Below are positions 22,195 through 34,312 of a DNA stretch of 53,187 nucleotides, one piece after another. The notes below the pieces were generated by a model, which was not told the DNA's origin, searched no databases, and saw only the letters and a program-made list of their open reading frames with translations. The number at the start of each line of letters is the position of its first letter. Positions within the stretch are counted from its first letter, which is position 1. Source of the stretch: Octopus bimaculoides (taxonomy: Eukaryota); NCBI RefSeq assembly GCF_001194135.2, contig NC_068987.1, positions 87,614,978 to 87,668,164 on the forward strand, given 5' to 3'. Position numbers and translations under genes: made by a program.

Positions 22195-22932
22195 NNNNNN
22201 NNNNNNNNNNNNNNNNNNNNNNNNNNNNNNNNNNNNNNNNNNNNNNNNNNNNNNNNNNNNNNNNNNNNNNNNNNNNNNNNNNNNNNNNNNNNNNNNNNNN
22301 NNNNNNNNNNNNNNNNNNNNNNNNNNNNNNNNNNNNNNNNNNNNNNNNNNNNNNNNNNNNNNNNNNNNNNNNNNNNNNNNNNNNNNNNNNNNNNNNNNNN
22401 NNNNNNNNNNNNNNNNNNNNNNNNNNNNNNNNNNNNNNNNNNNNNNNNNNNNNNNNNNNNNNNNNNNNNNNNNNNNNNNNNNNNNNNNNNNNNNNNNNNN
22501 NNNNNNNNNNNNNNNNNNNNNNNNNNNNNNNNNNNNNNNNNNNNNNNNNNNNNNNNNNNNNNNNNNNNNNNNNNNNNNNNNNNNNNNNNNNNNNNNNNNN
22601 NNNNNNNNNNNNNNNNNNNNNNNNNNNNNNNNNNNNNNNNNNNNNNNNNNNNNNNNNNNNNNNNNNNNNNNNNNNNNNNNNNNNNNNNNNNNNNNNNNNN
22701 NNNNNNNNNNNNNNNNNNNNNNNNNNNNNNNNNNNNNNNNNNNNNNNNNNNNNNNNNNNNNNNNNNNNNNNNNNNNNNNNNNNNNNNNNNNNNNNNNNNN
22801 NNNNNNNNNNNNNNNNNNNNNNNNNNNNNNNNNNNNNNNNNNNNNNNNNNNNNNNNNNNNNNNNNNNNNNNNNNNNNNNNNNNNNNNNNNNNNNNNNNNN
22901 NNNNNNNNNNNNNNNNNNNNNNNNNNNNNNNN
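22195..22932. other. assembly gap (738 N)
   Basis: N-run; other gaps at 3346-3355, 16996-17005, 19175-19424, 20718-21081, 21419-21428, 30013-30022, 42608-42833. Confidence 1.
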
Positions 22933-23164
22933 ATTTGTTAGAAGATTAAAAAAAAAAAATTTTTCAAAACATGAGAAGAGTGCAGAAATCAAATAAATAA
23001 ATAGTAATATTTTAGGAATAAATATGTGTAAATAATAACTAAATTTATCATCGATAACAATGGAAAAGCAGACAAAATGAAGACGAAGTTGAAAGTTATA
23101 CTGTCTAAAATAGGGGGGTGGGGAAACTTGTTATAAGATAATTTGATTACAGAAAGAGGAGGAG

Positions 23165-23520
23165 GAGCTCCCAGGGGGCAGCCTGTCTTGAATTCCTCTG
23201 TTATTGCCTGGAGGATTATGATGAACAAGAGGGGGCTGAGCACCAATCCTTGGTGAACCCCTACTTGTAATCTGAATTCTCCACTGTACTCGTTTGCCCA
23301 ACCTCACCTTACTGGTAGCGTCCCTGTACAAGGCTTGTACAGCTCTCACCAACCACTCGTCTATCCCTAGTTTCTGCATTGACCACCAGATAAGGGATCG
23401 GGGGACCCTGTCAAAAGCTTTCTCCAAGTCAACAAAAGCCAAGTACAGAGGTTTATCTTTGGCTGTGTATTCCTCCTGCAGTTGCCTTACCAGAAATATA
23501 GCATCATTGCTGCTGGCTAT
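23165..23520 (-). mobile_element. RTE-clade LINE reverse-transcriptase fragment (frameshifted)
   Basis: DAIFLVRQLQEEY..LYLAFVDLEKAFDRVPR..W...KLG....VR..Q.LY, then after a 1-nt insertion NEYSGEFRLQVGVHQGLVLSPLLFIIILQAI; ends just before the YADD motif. Confidence 0.9.
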
Positions 23521-24009
23521 TCTTCATGGCAGTTGACACTACTAGGTTTGCTAGAATGGAAAAATATAATTGTTTTTGTTACAGACTTCATCATCATCCT
23601 TTAATGTCCATTTTCTATGATGGTATGAGTTTGATGGGTCAACAGGCTCCAATGAACCAGAGCCACACCAGAACCCAATATCAACTTTGATATTGAATAA
23701 TTGGAGCATGAATGAGATGGGATGGAATGATAGTTGGCTTCTGAGAAATGCCAAGAAATCCAAATGGAAGGAACCTCCAGACAGGGAAGACCAAAGAAAA
23801 CATGGAAAGAAGTGGCAAAGTTTCATCTTAAGATGTTGAATCTTTATGGCTGTTAGGAAGGGCACCCAGCTGTAGGAACCATGGAAAAGCTGACAATGGA
23901 GCTCAATGTAGCCTTAAGACTCACTGGAGCCTGTCAAACCATCCAACCTATGTCAGCATGGATGAAAGATTTAATTATCAACAGAAAAATAACATCAGCA
24001 ACATATCTT

Positions 24010-24190
24010 AAGAATGAGAACAGTTTACTCCATTAGTCAAATAAAGGGTTGGGTTTGAAATTCCACCAGAACACCTGATGAAGGCTGGAGAGTACACCAG
24101 CCGAAATGTTGTGATAACAACAAACAAGAGGAAGACACTTATCTGTCCATTGCAAGGAATGTACAAAATTCCTCATCTCAAAAACATAGA
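24010..24190 (+). mobile_element. SINE family E tail with hammerhead-like core at 24071-24115
   Basis: CTGATGA-A-GGCTGG..CCAGCC-GAAA; palindrome decayed to ATGT. Confidence 0.7.
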
Positions 24191-24280
24191 ATGGTATGGA
24201 CAACAAATGTTAAATGATGATGATGAAATCTGTGCAAAAAATAAAATTAAATTAATGCAAAAATACATAAAAAAGCTCAC

Positions 24281-24429
24281 CTGCTGCTGCTTTACTTTTA
24301 CGGGTGACTTCCATGGCAAGCTCTTGTGTTATGGTTAACAGCTTCTCTCTGTTTTGTCTTTCTTTAGCAACGTATTCATGGAGACCATCTTTCATTTCTT
24401 CTGGAGCAGTTTTAGCCCATGAATGAACA
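24281..24429 (-). CDS. PLEKHA7-like: PLEKHA5/6/7-like exon (SVHSWAKTAPEEMKDGLHEYVAKERQNREKLLTITQELAMEVTRKSKAAA)
   Basis: tttctcttccag / gtgagc; phase 2 to 1. Confidence 0.9.
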
Positions 24430-25018
24430 CTGGAAGAGAAACAAAAAAAAAAACAAAACAAAAAAAACATTATTACCAGTCATATTATTTCAGATAACCA
24501 ATAAAAATTTATAGAAATTTTTATTCTTTTCTTTTCACTTTCAGAGAAAAATTTTTATTTCAAGTATTATTATTTTGCTAACAAAATTATTATTTCATGA
24601 ATGTATAATACTTGTCAAAAATACTTTCTGATGAATCAGTAAATTTCAAATGATAAACTACTTCAATAATTAGTTATCAAATGGTATCCATTACAACAAT
24701 ATTTTTTTTTCTTCAAATAATGGGCCTGTCAAAAAAGTACCCATAACATCACCATATAAAAAAAGCATCTGTGACAGAGCCAGATAAAAACCAACCTTGC
24801 TGGTGCCACGTAAAAAGCACCCAGTACACTCTGTACAGTGGTTGGCACTAAGAAGGGCATCCAGCTGTAGTAATTCTCCCAAAACAGACAACTGGAGCCT
24901 GGTGTAGTGTTCTGGTTTGCCATCTCCTGTCAAACTGTCCAACCCATACCAGCAGGTTAAATAGACGTATGATGATGATGATGATGGACCTTAACTGGTA
25001 GTTTACAAGATTCTTGCA

Positions 25019-25174
25019 GTTCTATTTTTAAGACATGAGGAATTATTTACATTTGATGGATATTTGACCTCATCTTGTTTGTTGTTAATGTTTCGGCTGA
25101 TATACTTTCCAGCCTTCATCATGTGCCTTGGGAAAATGCCGAACATGAGTTCTCATTCCTAAGGTCTTTTTCAA

Positions 25175-25221
<47 letters not shown>

Positions 25222-25465
25222 TCACCACCTAGAATCGAACTCAGAATATTGGGGTTAGTAGTCTGTGCTCTTAACCACTACTACACCATATGCCCACGGA
25301 CATCATCATCATCATCATTATCATAATAATAATAACATCAAAAAATACCTTAGGAATGAGAACCCAGGTTCGAAATTTCCCCAAGACACCTGATGAAAGC
25401 TGGAGGGTACATCAGCTGAAATGTTGTGTTAACAACAAACAAGATGAGGACAAATATCTGTGAAA
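25019..25465. mobile_element. inverted pair of family E SINEs (full copy on - 25019-25300, headless copy on + 25325-25465)
   Basis: Both carry the TGATGA..GCTG..CAGC.GAAA module; the tails point outward. Confidence 0.8.
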
Positions 25466-25809
25466 TAAGATTCTTGCAAATAACAACTTCACTGCACGGC
25501 TATGAGGTTTGAACCCACAACACAACACCAGCAACTTCTTCCACCAATGCTTTCAGGTCAACTAAATTTCCCCCAAAAGGCAAAACATATGAACCGAGAT
25601 TGTTGAGAGTTGAAACAAAATACTGCAAAAATCAATCACTGAGTGACTAGAGACACAAATGTGACATCTCTAGCAATCAGCACTGACACCTATAAAGCAC
25701 ATTTTGTAAATTACAATTTAATTTCAAAATACCAAAGTACTTTGAAGAAGAAAAAAATTTAATTAAAAAAAAAAGATCCAATTAAAAGCAATATTCAGAA
25801 GACATTTAC

Positions 25810-25943
25810 CTCTGTTCTGCGAGAACTTTCCTAATTCTTTCTGATTTTTCTCTCCGTTTTTTTTTCTCTTCTTCACTTAAATCTTCATCGTCAGAATCTG
25901 GCATGTAACGTTCGGGTATCAACACTTTTTCAGGCATCATTAA
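25810..25943 (-). CDS. PLEKHA7-like: PLEKHA5/6/7-like exon (LMMPEKVLIPERYMPDSDDEDLSEEEKKKRREKSERIRKVLAEQ)
   Basis: GT-AG boundaries, phase 0 to 2; PEKVLIPERY...ERI.K..A recalls the conserved C-terminal block of vertebrate PLEKHA5/6/7 (recognised from memory, not searched). Confidence 0.92.
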
Positions 25944-26129
25944 CTGAAATTCATTTACAAAAATAGTAAAACGCTGTGACATTTAAGCAGAAAATGTTTT
26001 CTAAGTCATGCAAATAACATTTCACATATCTTCATTATAGACAAAAGAAAACAGACAAAAAAAAAAAAATGTATTATACACAAGAACATCAAGTTAGTAA
26101 TTATAATAATACAAAATTCGGCTTGCAAA

Positions 26130-26505
26130 GACCTGTTGGGGCAAGCGAAAGTGAAATCGTGATGGCACCTGTGCCCAGCATCGCCTTTCTGGCACGTGTA
26201 TAGACTTTCGAGCGAGATCGTTGCCAGTGCCGCTGGAATGGCTCCTGCGCAGGTGGCACGTAAAATACACCATTTTGAGCATGGCCGTTGCCAGTACCGC
26301 CTGACTGGCCTTCGTGCCGGTGGCACGTAAAAGCACCCACTACACTCTCAGAGTGGTTGGCGTTAGGAAGGGCATCCAGCTGCAGAAACTCTGCCAGATC
26401 AGATTGGAGCCTTGTGTAGCCATCTGGTTCACCAGTCCTCAGTCAAATCGTCCAACCCATGCTAGCATGGAAAGCGGATGTTAAATGATGATGTTGATGA
26501 TGATG
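26130..26505 (+). mobile_element. SINE family C copy
   Basis: Internal GGCACGTAAAA repeats, GGTTGGCGTTAGGAAGGGCATCCAGCTG, (GAT)n tail. Confidence 0.85.
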
Positions 26506-27107
26506 AAGATAATTAAATACCCAAGGATTAATATCATTAGGTTTCCCCTATATTTAACAAGTATTTGCTCATGTGTGCTTAGATCCATCCATCAAGGTAA
26601 ACGTGGTTGAACATAAAAGCTTCATTACGAAACTGTATGGAAGATATTAGTGGTAAAACATTGTCATTATCATTGTTTAACATCTACTTTTCCATGCTTG
26701 AATGGGTCGGATGGAATTCGTTGAGGCAGATTTTCTAAGGCTGGATAATCTTCTTGTCACTAACCCTTCCCTGTTTCCAAGCAAGGTAATAAATCCTCCA
26801 TGGCCAGAGATATGCTTTTCATGAAAGACAGGAAATGAACAACGCCGCTTGTGTGACAATGATACTCGTTTATAACCATTATGAGATGTCAAAACAAAGG
26901 TATGCACACACACACACACACACAGGTGTGTGTACACACATGATGTGCCTCTTTCAGTTTCCATCAATCAAATCTATTCATAAGGATTTGGCTGGCCCAT
27001 AAGTGCAGGAATAAAATTTGATTTGGCAGGTGAAAACCCAGGTGCAAAATATTTTTTTTACAAACAAGGATAATTTTTTACAATCTTAATGCAAAAACAA
27101 ATACAGG

Positions 27108-27143
<36 letters not shown>

Positions 27144-27510
27144 TATTATTATTATTATATTTGTAGATCAATCAAACCAGATAAATCAATAATGGAAAAC
27201 TAGTGTTTCAAATCAGTTCAAAAATGTTTCTATGCTCATTCGTTTTGACAATGAAGTCTTTCAGGAGAATTTTCAAAGCATTTTCTTTGTCCCCGCCCCC
27301 AAATTTTAGGGGCTGCACTCACACTCCCTGCACCTGAGACGATGATAGAAGAAGACACTTGCTGAAAGTGCCACATTGTAGAACTGAAACCAGAGATTCC
27401 ATGACTGGGAAATAAGCTTCTCAACCGCCCAGCCTCACTTGTATCTAGTTCTCTTCATTAAAAAATCAAAAACAAAAAAAGAATAACCACAATCATAATG
27501 AGAAACCTAC

Positions 27511-27582
27511 TTCTCTGTCAATAGTCAGTTCATCAAATTTATCAAGAGTTGAACTCTGTATAATATCAGGCATGTTGTACAT
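27511..27582 (-). CDS. PLEKHA7-like: PLEKHA5/6/7-like exon (MYNMPDIIQSSTLDKFDELTIDRE)
   Basis: tttttgcag / gtaggt; 72 nt, phase 0 to 0. Confidence 0.88.
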
Positions 27583-27819
27583 CTGCAAAAATAAAAAAAA
27601 TATTAAAAAAAAGAAAAAGATGTGAATACATTTGTACATGTAATAATTAATTTATTTGAAGAACTGGTGAAGGCATAATATTGATCTCTATGAATAAGGG
27701 CACAAATTTGTAGGGAGACAAGGTAGTGAATCGTAGTAACCCTGGCAAGATAAAACTTTCAAAGACACAAACTAAATACCACAAAATATTTCACCAGTTC
27801 ACCAGGTGAATTTTGGGGG

Positions 27820-28212
27820 AGGGGGTCAGTCTGTTACATCTACCCCAGTGCATAACTGGTACTTAATTTATCAACCCTGAATGGATGAAAGGCAGAGCTG
27901 ACCTCAGCAGAATTTGAACTCAGAACGTAAAGACAGACAAAATCCCACTAAGCATTTCACCTGGCGTGCTAATGTTCCTTATTTCTTTACTGCCCACAAG
28001 GGGCTACACACAGAGGGGACAAACAAGGAGAGACAAAGTGATTAAGTCAATTGCATCGACCCCAGTGCATAACTGGTACTTAATTTACTGCCCCCGAAAG
28101 GATGAAAGGCAAAGTCGACCTTGGCGGAATTTGAACTCAGAACGTAAAGACAGACAAAATCCCGCTAAGCATTTCACCCGGCGTGCTAACATTTCTGCCA
28201 ACTCGCTGCCTT
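27820..28212 (-). mobile_element. two tandem SINE family B copies
   Basis: Duplicated CCCCAGTGCATAACTGGTACTTAATTTA..GATGAAAGGC..GAATTTGAACTCAGAACGTAAAGACAGAC. Confidence 0.8.
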
Positions 28213-29119
28213 GATGGCTACTCTTTCTGCCGCCAATCAACTGCTCTGTATTTTTATGATTACAAATGCAATCAGAATCGTTAAGATCTTTAGTGTGAAC
28301 CGGACATGTATTCCTAATCACCACCATTTAATTTCCATCTTCCATGCTGGCATGGGTTGGCCGATTCAACAGAAGATGGAAAGCCAGAGGAGTGCATCAA
28401 CCTCCAATGTCTTCTTTGGTATGATTTCTATGCTAGATACTCCTCCTAGCACCAACCATTTTGCAGAATGGAATGGGTACTTTTATCTGTGGTTCCAAGA
28501 TGCCCACCTCAACTGAAGGAGGAGAAGAACTTAGGAAAATGGTTTTATGCCAGGTGATAATAGGGAGATAGGAACAGGTGTCTTGTTGTAGGGGAGTTAC
28601 ATGGCCACCCCAGTTGGAAATGTAAGATGGTGGTGAAGAAGAAGTGTCAGGGCATACCATCTAGCTACAAAAACTTCCCACCAAAAAGAAAATATTCTAG
28701 CAGATTCTAAATTAAGCAAAAGGAAACAAAAACTTCTTCATTGCAATGAAATATCTATCTTATCGTTTTTATTTGTTTGAGCTATTAGACTGTGGCCATG
28801 CTGGAGTACTGCCTTGAAAGAGTTAGTCAAATCAACCTTAGTATGATTGCTGTTTAATTTTTTTTTAAGTCTGGTACTTATTTTATCATTCTCTATTTGT
28901 TGAAGTGCTAAGTTAGAGGAACACCAAAAAAACCCCAACACTGTCAAGTGATGCTGGGGGACAAAAACAAACAAAAAAATAAACATAGGTACTGGGGTTG
29001 ATTTGTTTGATAAAAACCCTTCAAGGTGATGCCCCAGTATGGCCACAGTCCAATGACTGAAACAAATGAAAGATAAACTATGAATCTAAATGACGAAAAG
29101 AAACTAAGAACCAACTCAC

Positions 29120-29271
29120 CAGAGAGGAACCAATAATAAGGTCTCCAGCAGCAGAATTAAGGGAAGATTTCTGTTCAAGAGCATGCTCCAGTTTAATTGG
29201 TTCGCTACTTGAAATCGTAAGATAACGAGCTCGTCCACGGGGTGACCTTTTAAGTTTGGAGTCAGGTGAAG
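29120..29271 (-). CDS. PLEKHA7-like: PLEKHA5/6/7-like exon (SPDSKLKRSPRGRARYLTISSSEPIKLEHALEQKSSLNSAAGDLIIGSSL)
   Basis: ctttttccag / gtgagt; phase 1 to 0. Confidence 0.88.
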
Positions 29272-29788
29272 CTGGAAAAAGGTAAAGAGTCAAAATTAGA
29301 CAACGAAAGCAAAGAGACGGAATAGGTTTAGTGAAATTATGTCACTAGCAGTTGTTCAATCAGCCACCAACGCAGAGACAGATGCTAAATATATATGAAG
29401 CTGGCAACACCAATGATTGCAGCTGCAACAGTTAAGGCAAACACAGATTGCATTAGTTGATGTGTCTTTTTTATGGAGATGAAAGATGACACCAATTAGA
29501 AAGTTGTTTCGATGATGAAGCTACATACGAAATGTGCAGTGTGGACAGAGGCATTAAAAGCAGAGCAAAAAAAAAAAATGAAAGTAAAGGTAGAAAGCAT
29601 CACACTGAAATATCAAGTTTCTAGCAACTGAGCAACAATAATAATAAAAATAATAATGATAATAATGATACAAATAATGTTGTGCATGAAGGAAATGAAC
29701 TAAAAATAACGACCTGCATCACGTGGGGATGGAAAAAGAAAAGATGAAAGACCCCAGAAGAAAAGCCAGGGAAAACAAAACTACTCAC

Positions 29789-29819
29789 ATGGTGGTTTAT
29801 CATTATAGAGTCGGTTCAT
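29789..29819 (-). CDS. PLEKHA7-like: 31-nt microexon (MNRLYNDKPP)
   Basis: ttattcccttaacattcag / gtgagt; phase 0 to 1; restores the frame opened by the 17-nt exon. Confidence 0.6.
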
Positions 29820-31122
29820 CTGAATGTTAAGGGAATAAAATAAAATAACTAGGTATATATATGGAGATATATGCATATGCAGAGATGTATTTTCTTTCAA
29901 TGTTTTATACTAGGAACAAGTGGAACTAAATTTGGAATTGCAAGACGAAAATTCTGTTGTTTTATAAATGCCCATGGAACTAATATCAATATATACATGC
30001 ACGTGTGTGTGTNNNNNNNNNNGGGGGGGTGCAAGAGGAGTTATATAAACATCTCCATTAGCTTAGAGTTAAGGCTTCCTTGGAGCCATTAAGATGTCTC
30101 TGAGGAAGCTAAGATACAGAAGCACTCAGCTCTGAGTGCACATCCTCTTATAGCAAAAACAACTGTAAGCTAATGAAGTTGATTATCTGACACCTGTTCC
30201 TTTGTTATTCATTAATTAATACTACACTCTGTACTCACCTAATGCTCTACTTTAAAGCATAAATATACTGAGTTTTAACAACTGGTTATTACTGCCATCA
30301 TCATCATCATCAATTATTGTCTATTGTCCATGCTGGCATGGGTTGGACAGTTTGACCAGAGCTGGCAAGCTGGGGAGCTGGACCAGACTGCAGTGTGATT
30401 TGGCATGGTTTCTACAGCTGGATGTCCTTCCTAATGCCAACTACTTTACAGAGTGTGCTGGGTACTTTTTACATGGCACCATACAGGTACTTTTACATGA
30501 TTATACTAAGGTGAACTCTCCATCTCTCCTTCTATACACACACACACACCTCAAATGAATGCATGTCTACATGTAGAGGCAACTGAAACGCGTGTACACA
30601 TATATGTGGAAAATTTGGAAAAGAAAGACTTATTCTGACTGTGTTATGTAAGGTTTGTATCAAAGAGACAGGAAAGCTCAATGTTATTAATATTTATTAG
30701 ACTGCATCTAAATTCAACAACTTTGAATCGACAGAGTAACAATTAGGAGTAAATGTTATAACTCAAAGCAACAGCACGTTTTGATTTAGACAAATATCAA
30801 CATTAAAACAATATCTTTTAGTTATTAATTACACAATGTCATTAAGCAACTTTTTAAAAGTTTTGGCATTGTATGAATGAAGATAATAACATGTTGCTCA
30901 ATCAAATATTAATTAACAAATACAAAATATAGACAAGCATATCTATTTTAGCAGAAGCAACAACAAACACTAAAATGAGCATAGTGTAGTAGCTGGACAT
31001 ACGTAACATAACATAGAGCTTATGAATTCATTCTATGGAAGAATTAGAACAAACAGAAAGAACATAATCCTTCGTTTGTCAGAGCCTAATTTTCACTCTA
31101 AAAAAACTAGCAAATATTTTAA

Positions 31123-31359
31123 CCCTTTCGTTACCAACCTGGCTGAAACCAGCTCTGGCTGAAACCAGCTCTGGCTCTGTAGTACAAATGTCTTGTTTTC
31201 ATAAGTTTTGAATCAAAATCTTCCACCAAACCTTAGTCACAATTTATGTTCCTAACACTAGCTGAATGATAACTAAGTTATTTTACTAAATTCTTTGTTA
31301 TATTTAAAATAATTGAAAGAAACACAGAGCATCTAAAAAAAAATACAGTAACAAAAGGG
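31123..31359. mobile_element. piggyBac-type MITE, family P2, full length
   Basis: TTAA|CCCTTTCGTTAC ... GTAACAAAAGGG|TTAA. Confidence 0.85.
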
Positions 31360-31514
31360 TTAAAGTCTAATATATTCTTATAGAAAATGTATTACACAAC
31401 TAAAGTTTTGCTAATCATATCAGAAAGAAATGGAGAGCAAGTTTATTTTTTTTCTTCTGTTTATGGAATTAATTTAAAATAATCTTTCTTCATCTAAATA
31501 ATATAAAATAATAT

Positions 31515-33010
31515 TGAAATCATTTAACACCCATTTTCTATACAGGAATGGATCAAACAGTTTGACAGGACCGAGTGAGTTGCAAGGCTGCAGCAAGCTC
31601 CAATGTCAGCTTCGACATAGTTTCTAAGGCTGGATGTCTTTCCTAACACCAACCATGTTACAATGTGTAATGGGTGCTTTTTTCATGCCACCCATACTAG
31701 TGAGGTCACCAAGTGACTTGCAAGACAGGAAAAGAAGAGGAAAAAGCCCCACCCCCGAATTAAATGAGGTGAGGAGTATTTGAGGGGTGGAGGGGCTTAA
31801 TGCCAGGTGTTGAAGGCTAAAGTATGACAGAAGCTACAAGCACAGGTCTCTTGTTATAGGGAAGATATATGGCCACCCCAACATTACATAAAACTTGATG
31901 GGAGTAGCTGGAAGAGGAATAAAAAATGGTAGTGGTGGGAGTGCCAGAGCAAACTGCCAAGGTTCATGAAGGTGAGCATGAGGGAGAATATGGACAGTGG
32001 ATTGGAGAGTGGGGTGTAGTTTCAATTAAAAAACTATCAGAAGAGTTATTCCGCAGCCATTTCTGTGGATCACTTAATGGTTTTTGGTATTTTTCATAAA
32101 ATAAAGACAAATCATTTATAAAGTATAGAACCGCTCATTACATTAAAAAAAAAAAAAAAAAAAAAAATCCTGTAAAACCAGGCATTAGCTCAACAGATGG
32201 ATTGATCACCAACCGGATTAAGATTATTAAACCAACCTTATGTCATTTTTCTGATCACAAAAACATGCTTAGTTTATGAGAGAATTTTCCCAACAGATGC
32301 AAATTTATTCTTTAATGATAGTCCCATAAAATAAAACATTTCACACTCACAGCAACAAACAGCCTTAATACATGAACCAACAAAGAATTCCCGACATGAT
32401 TAGCCAGCCTGCTAGAAATAGCAATCAAATCTGCTTCAAACCAATCCCAACAGTCTTTTAAAAAACAAAAAAATGGACATATTGAATAATGTAGTCTGGG
32501 ATACATTCGTCATCCTTTAATGTCTGTTTTCCATCCTGGCATGGATTGGATGGTTTGACAGGGTCGAACGAGCTGCAGAGCTGCATCAGGTCCCCAAAGT
32601 CAACTTTGTTGTGGTTTCTTTGGCTGGATACCCTCCAGGACACCAACCATTTTACAGTGTGTGAATGGGTGAATTCTGTTCATGGCACCAACACTATGAG
32701 ATCACCAAGTAACTAGCAAGACAAAATAAAGGGGAAAGGAAAAAAATACCCTTGATTGAGTGAGGGTCTATTAGGGAGAGGATGAGGTGGAGGCTTTATG
32801 TCAGCTGTTGAAGGCTAAAGTATGATAGAGGGACAAGCACAGGTGTCTTGCCGTAGAGGCAATACATGGCTACCCCACATTATATAGAGAGGTGAGTGAG
32901 AGTATCAGGACAGAAGATGGTGGTGAGAGGGTGCCAGAGCAAACCCTGAAGGAACAAGGGGGTGAGCAGTAGAGAAGGACAGTGGAGGAGAGGGTGGGTA
33001 GTTTCAATCA
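31515..33010. repeat. two related ~500-bp interspersed repeats (31515-32025, 32505-33010) with family-C-like ends and a purine-rich core
   Basis: Shared GTTGAAGGCTAAAGTATGA..GACAAGCACAGGTGTCTTG; fragments also near 28330-28680, 33040-33200, 46560-46790. Confidence 0.65.
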
Positions 33011-33219
33011 TGACATTATTACAAAGTTGCAAGTTATGCCAGACATTGAGAGGCTAAGGTATGAGGGAGTGAGAAGCAGAGTTGTTTTGCTGCAGAGGGG
33101 GTACATGGCTACCCTGCATTTTGTGGGGGTGGGGGGAGAGTAGATGGAAGGGAGATAAAGAGGTGAATGTCAGGGTACCAAAGCATACTCTCAAAGTACA
33201 AAAGGTGACAGTCATCATC

Positions 33220-33630
33220 ATCATCATCATCATCACAATTGTTTAACGTCTGCTTTCCATGCTGGCATGGGTTGGATGGTTCGACCGGGGTCTGAGAAGC
33301 CAGAAGGCTGCACCAGGCTCCAATCTGATCTGGCAAGGTTTCTACAGCTGGATGTCCTTCCTAATGCCAACCACTCCAAGAGTGTAGTGGGTGCTTTTTA
33401 TGTGCCACCAGCATAAAGGCCAGTCAGGCGGTACTGGCATCGGTCACGCTTGAATGGTGCTTTTTATGTGCCACCAGCATAAAGGCCAGTCAGGCGGTAC
33501 TGGCATCGGTCACGCTTGAATGGTGCTTTTTATGTGCCACCAGCATGGGAGCTAGTCAGGCGTCACTGGCAACAACCACGCTCAAATGGTGCTTTTTATG
33601 TGTCACCTGCACGGGACCAGTCAGACAGCA
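33220..33630 (-). mobile_element. SINE family C copy with an exact 66-bp tandem array
   Basis: Units start at 33390, 33456, 33522, 33588; the first two are identical. Confidence 0.85.
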
Positions 33631-33792
33631 CAAAAAAAAAAAAAAAGATGGGAGAGTCAAAATTGGAGTGTCTAAATACAGGTTAGCTCAATCAAGGTTG
33701 ACTTAGGACGAAACATTAGTAAAAACCTTAAATAAAAGTTTTTAAACATTGAAAAACTGCTTAATTTATGCTTATGAAATTTTTATATTTAC

Positions 33793-33809
33793 CTTCAATT
33801 TCCGAAGAA
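33793..33809 (-). CDS. PLEKHA7-like: 17-nt microexon (VLRKLK)
   Basis: gattcctctacag / gtaaat; phase 1 to 0; in frame only together with the 31-nt exon. Confidence 0.55.
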
Positions 33810-34312
33810 CTGTAGAGGAATCTGATTCCACAAACACACACACACACACACAATTCTTCCTCATTGCATATCAACATTTATTCTCTTATTCTCACCTGGT
33901 TTCAAAGGTGTTGAGAAATACTGGCAAACTGATATCAGATTGATATGAAAAACAGATAATTGCAATAAACCACAATTTCAAATAGATCTGCTCCTGAAGC
34001 AGCTAATTGTTTTTGTATGTTTTGTTTTGTTTTGTTGTGTTTTTTTTTAACACTAAACGGTATGGAATTGAATTACATTCTTTAATTAGCTGTAAGATAG
34101 TTTTAAGCAAGATTAAATATTAATGGTTTTTAGTAGCAATAAAAGACAAAGCAGTTGCATACATCAGTAAGCTGAAAAGCATTTGGTGCTTCCTTCAATC
34201 AAATATTAGCAATACAGTCAAACAGAAAGCACCAGAAAATACTAATAATTATCTAACAGGTAAACAGGTAATTTACATCTATTATTATTATCATTATTAT
34301 TATTATTATTGA

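Noticed and set aside
22989-23246. Hydrophobic ORF resembling a transmembrane tail (DSITFNFVFILSAF...)
   Set aside because: The 5' half is the RTE fragment and the 3' half is AT-rich DNA, which gives F/I/L/Y by composition. A possible acceptor near 23105 exists but has no other support.
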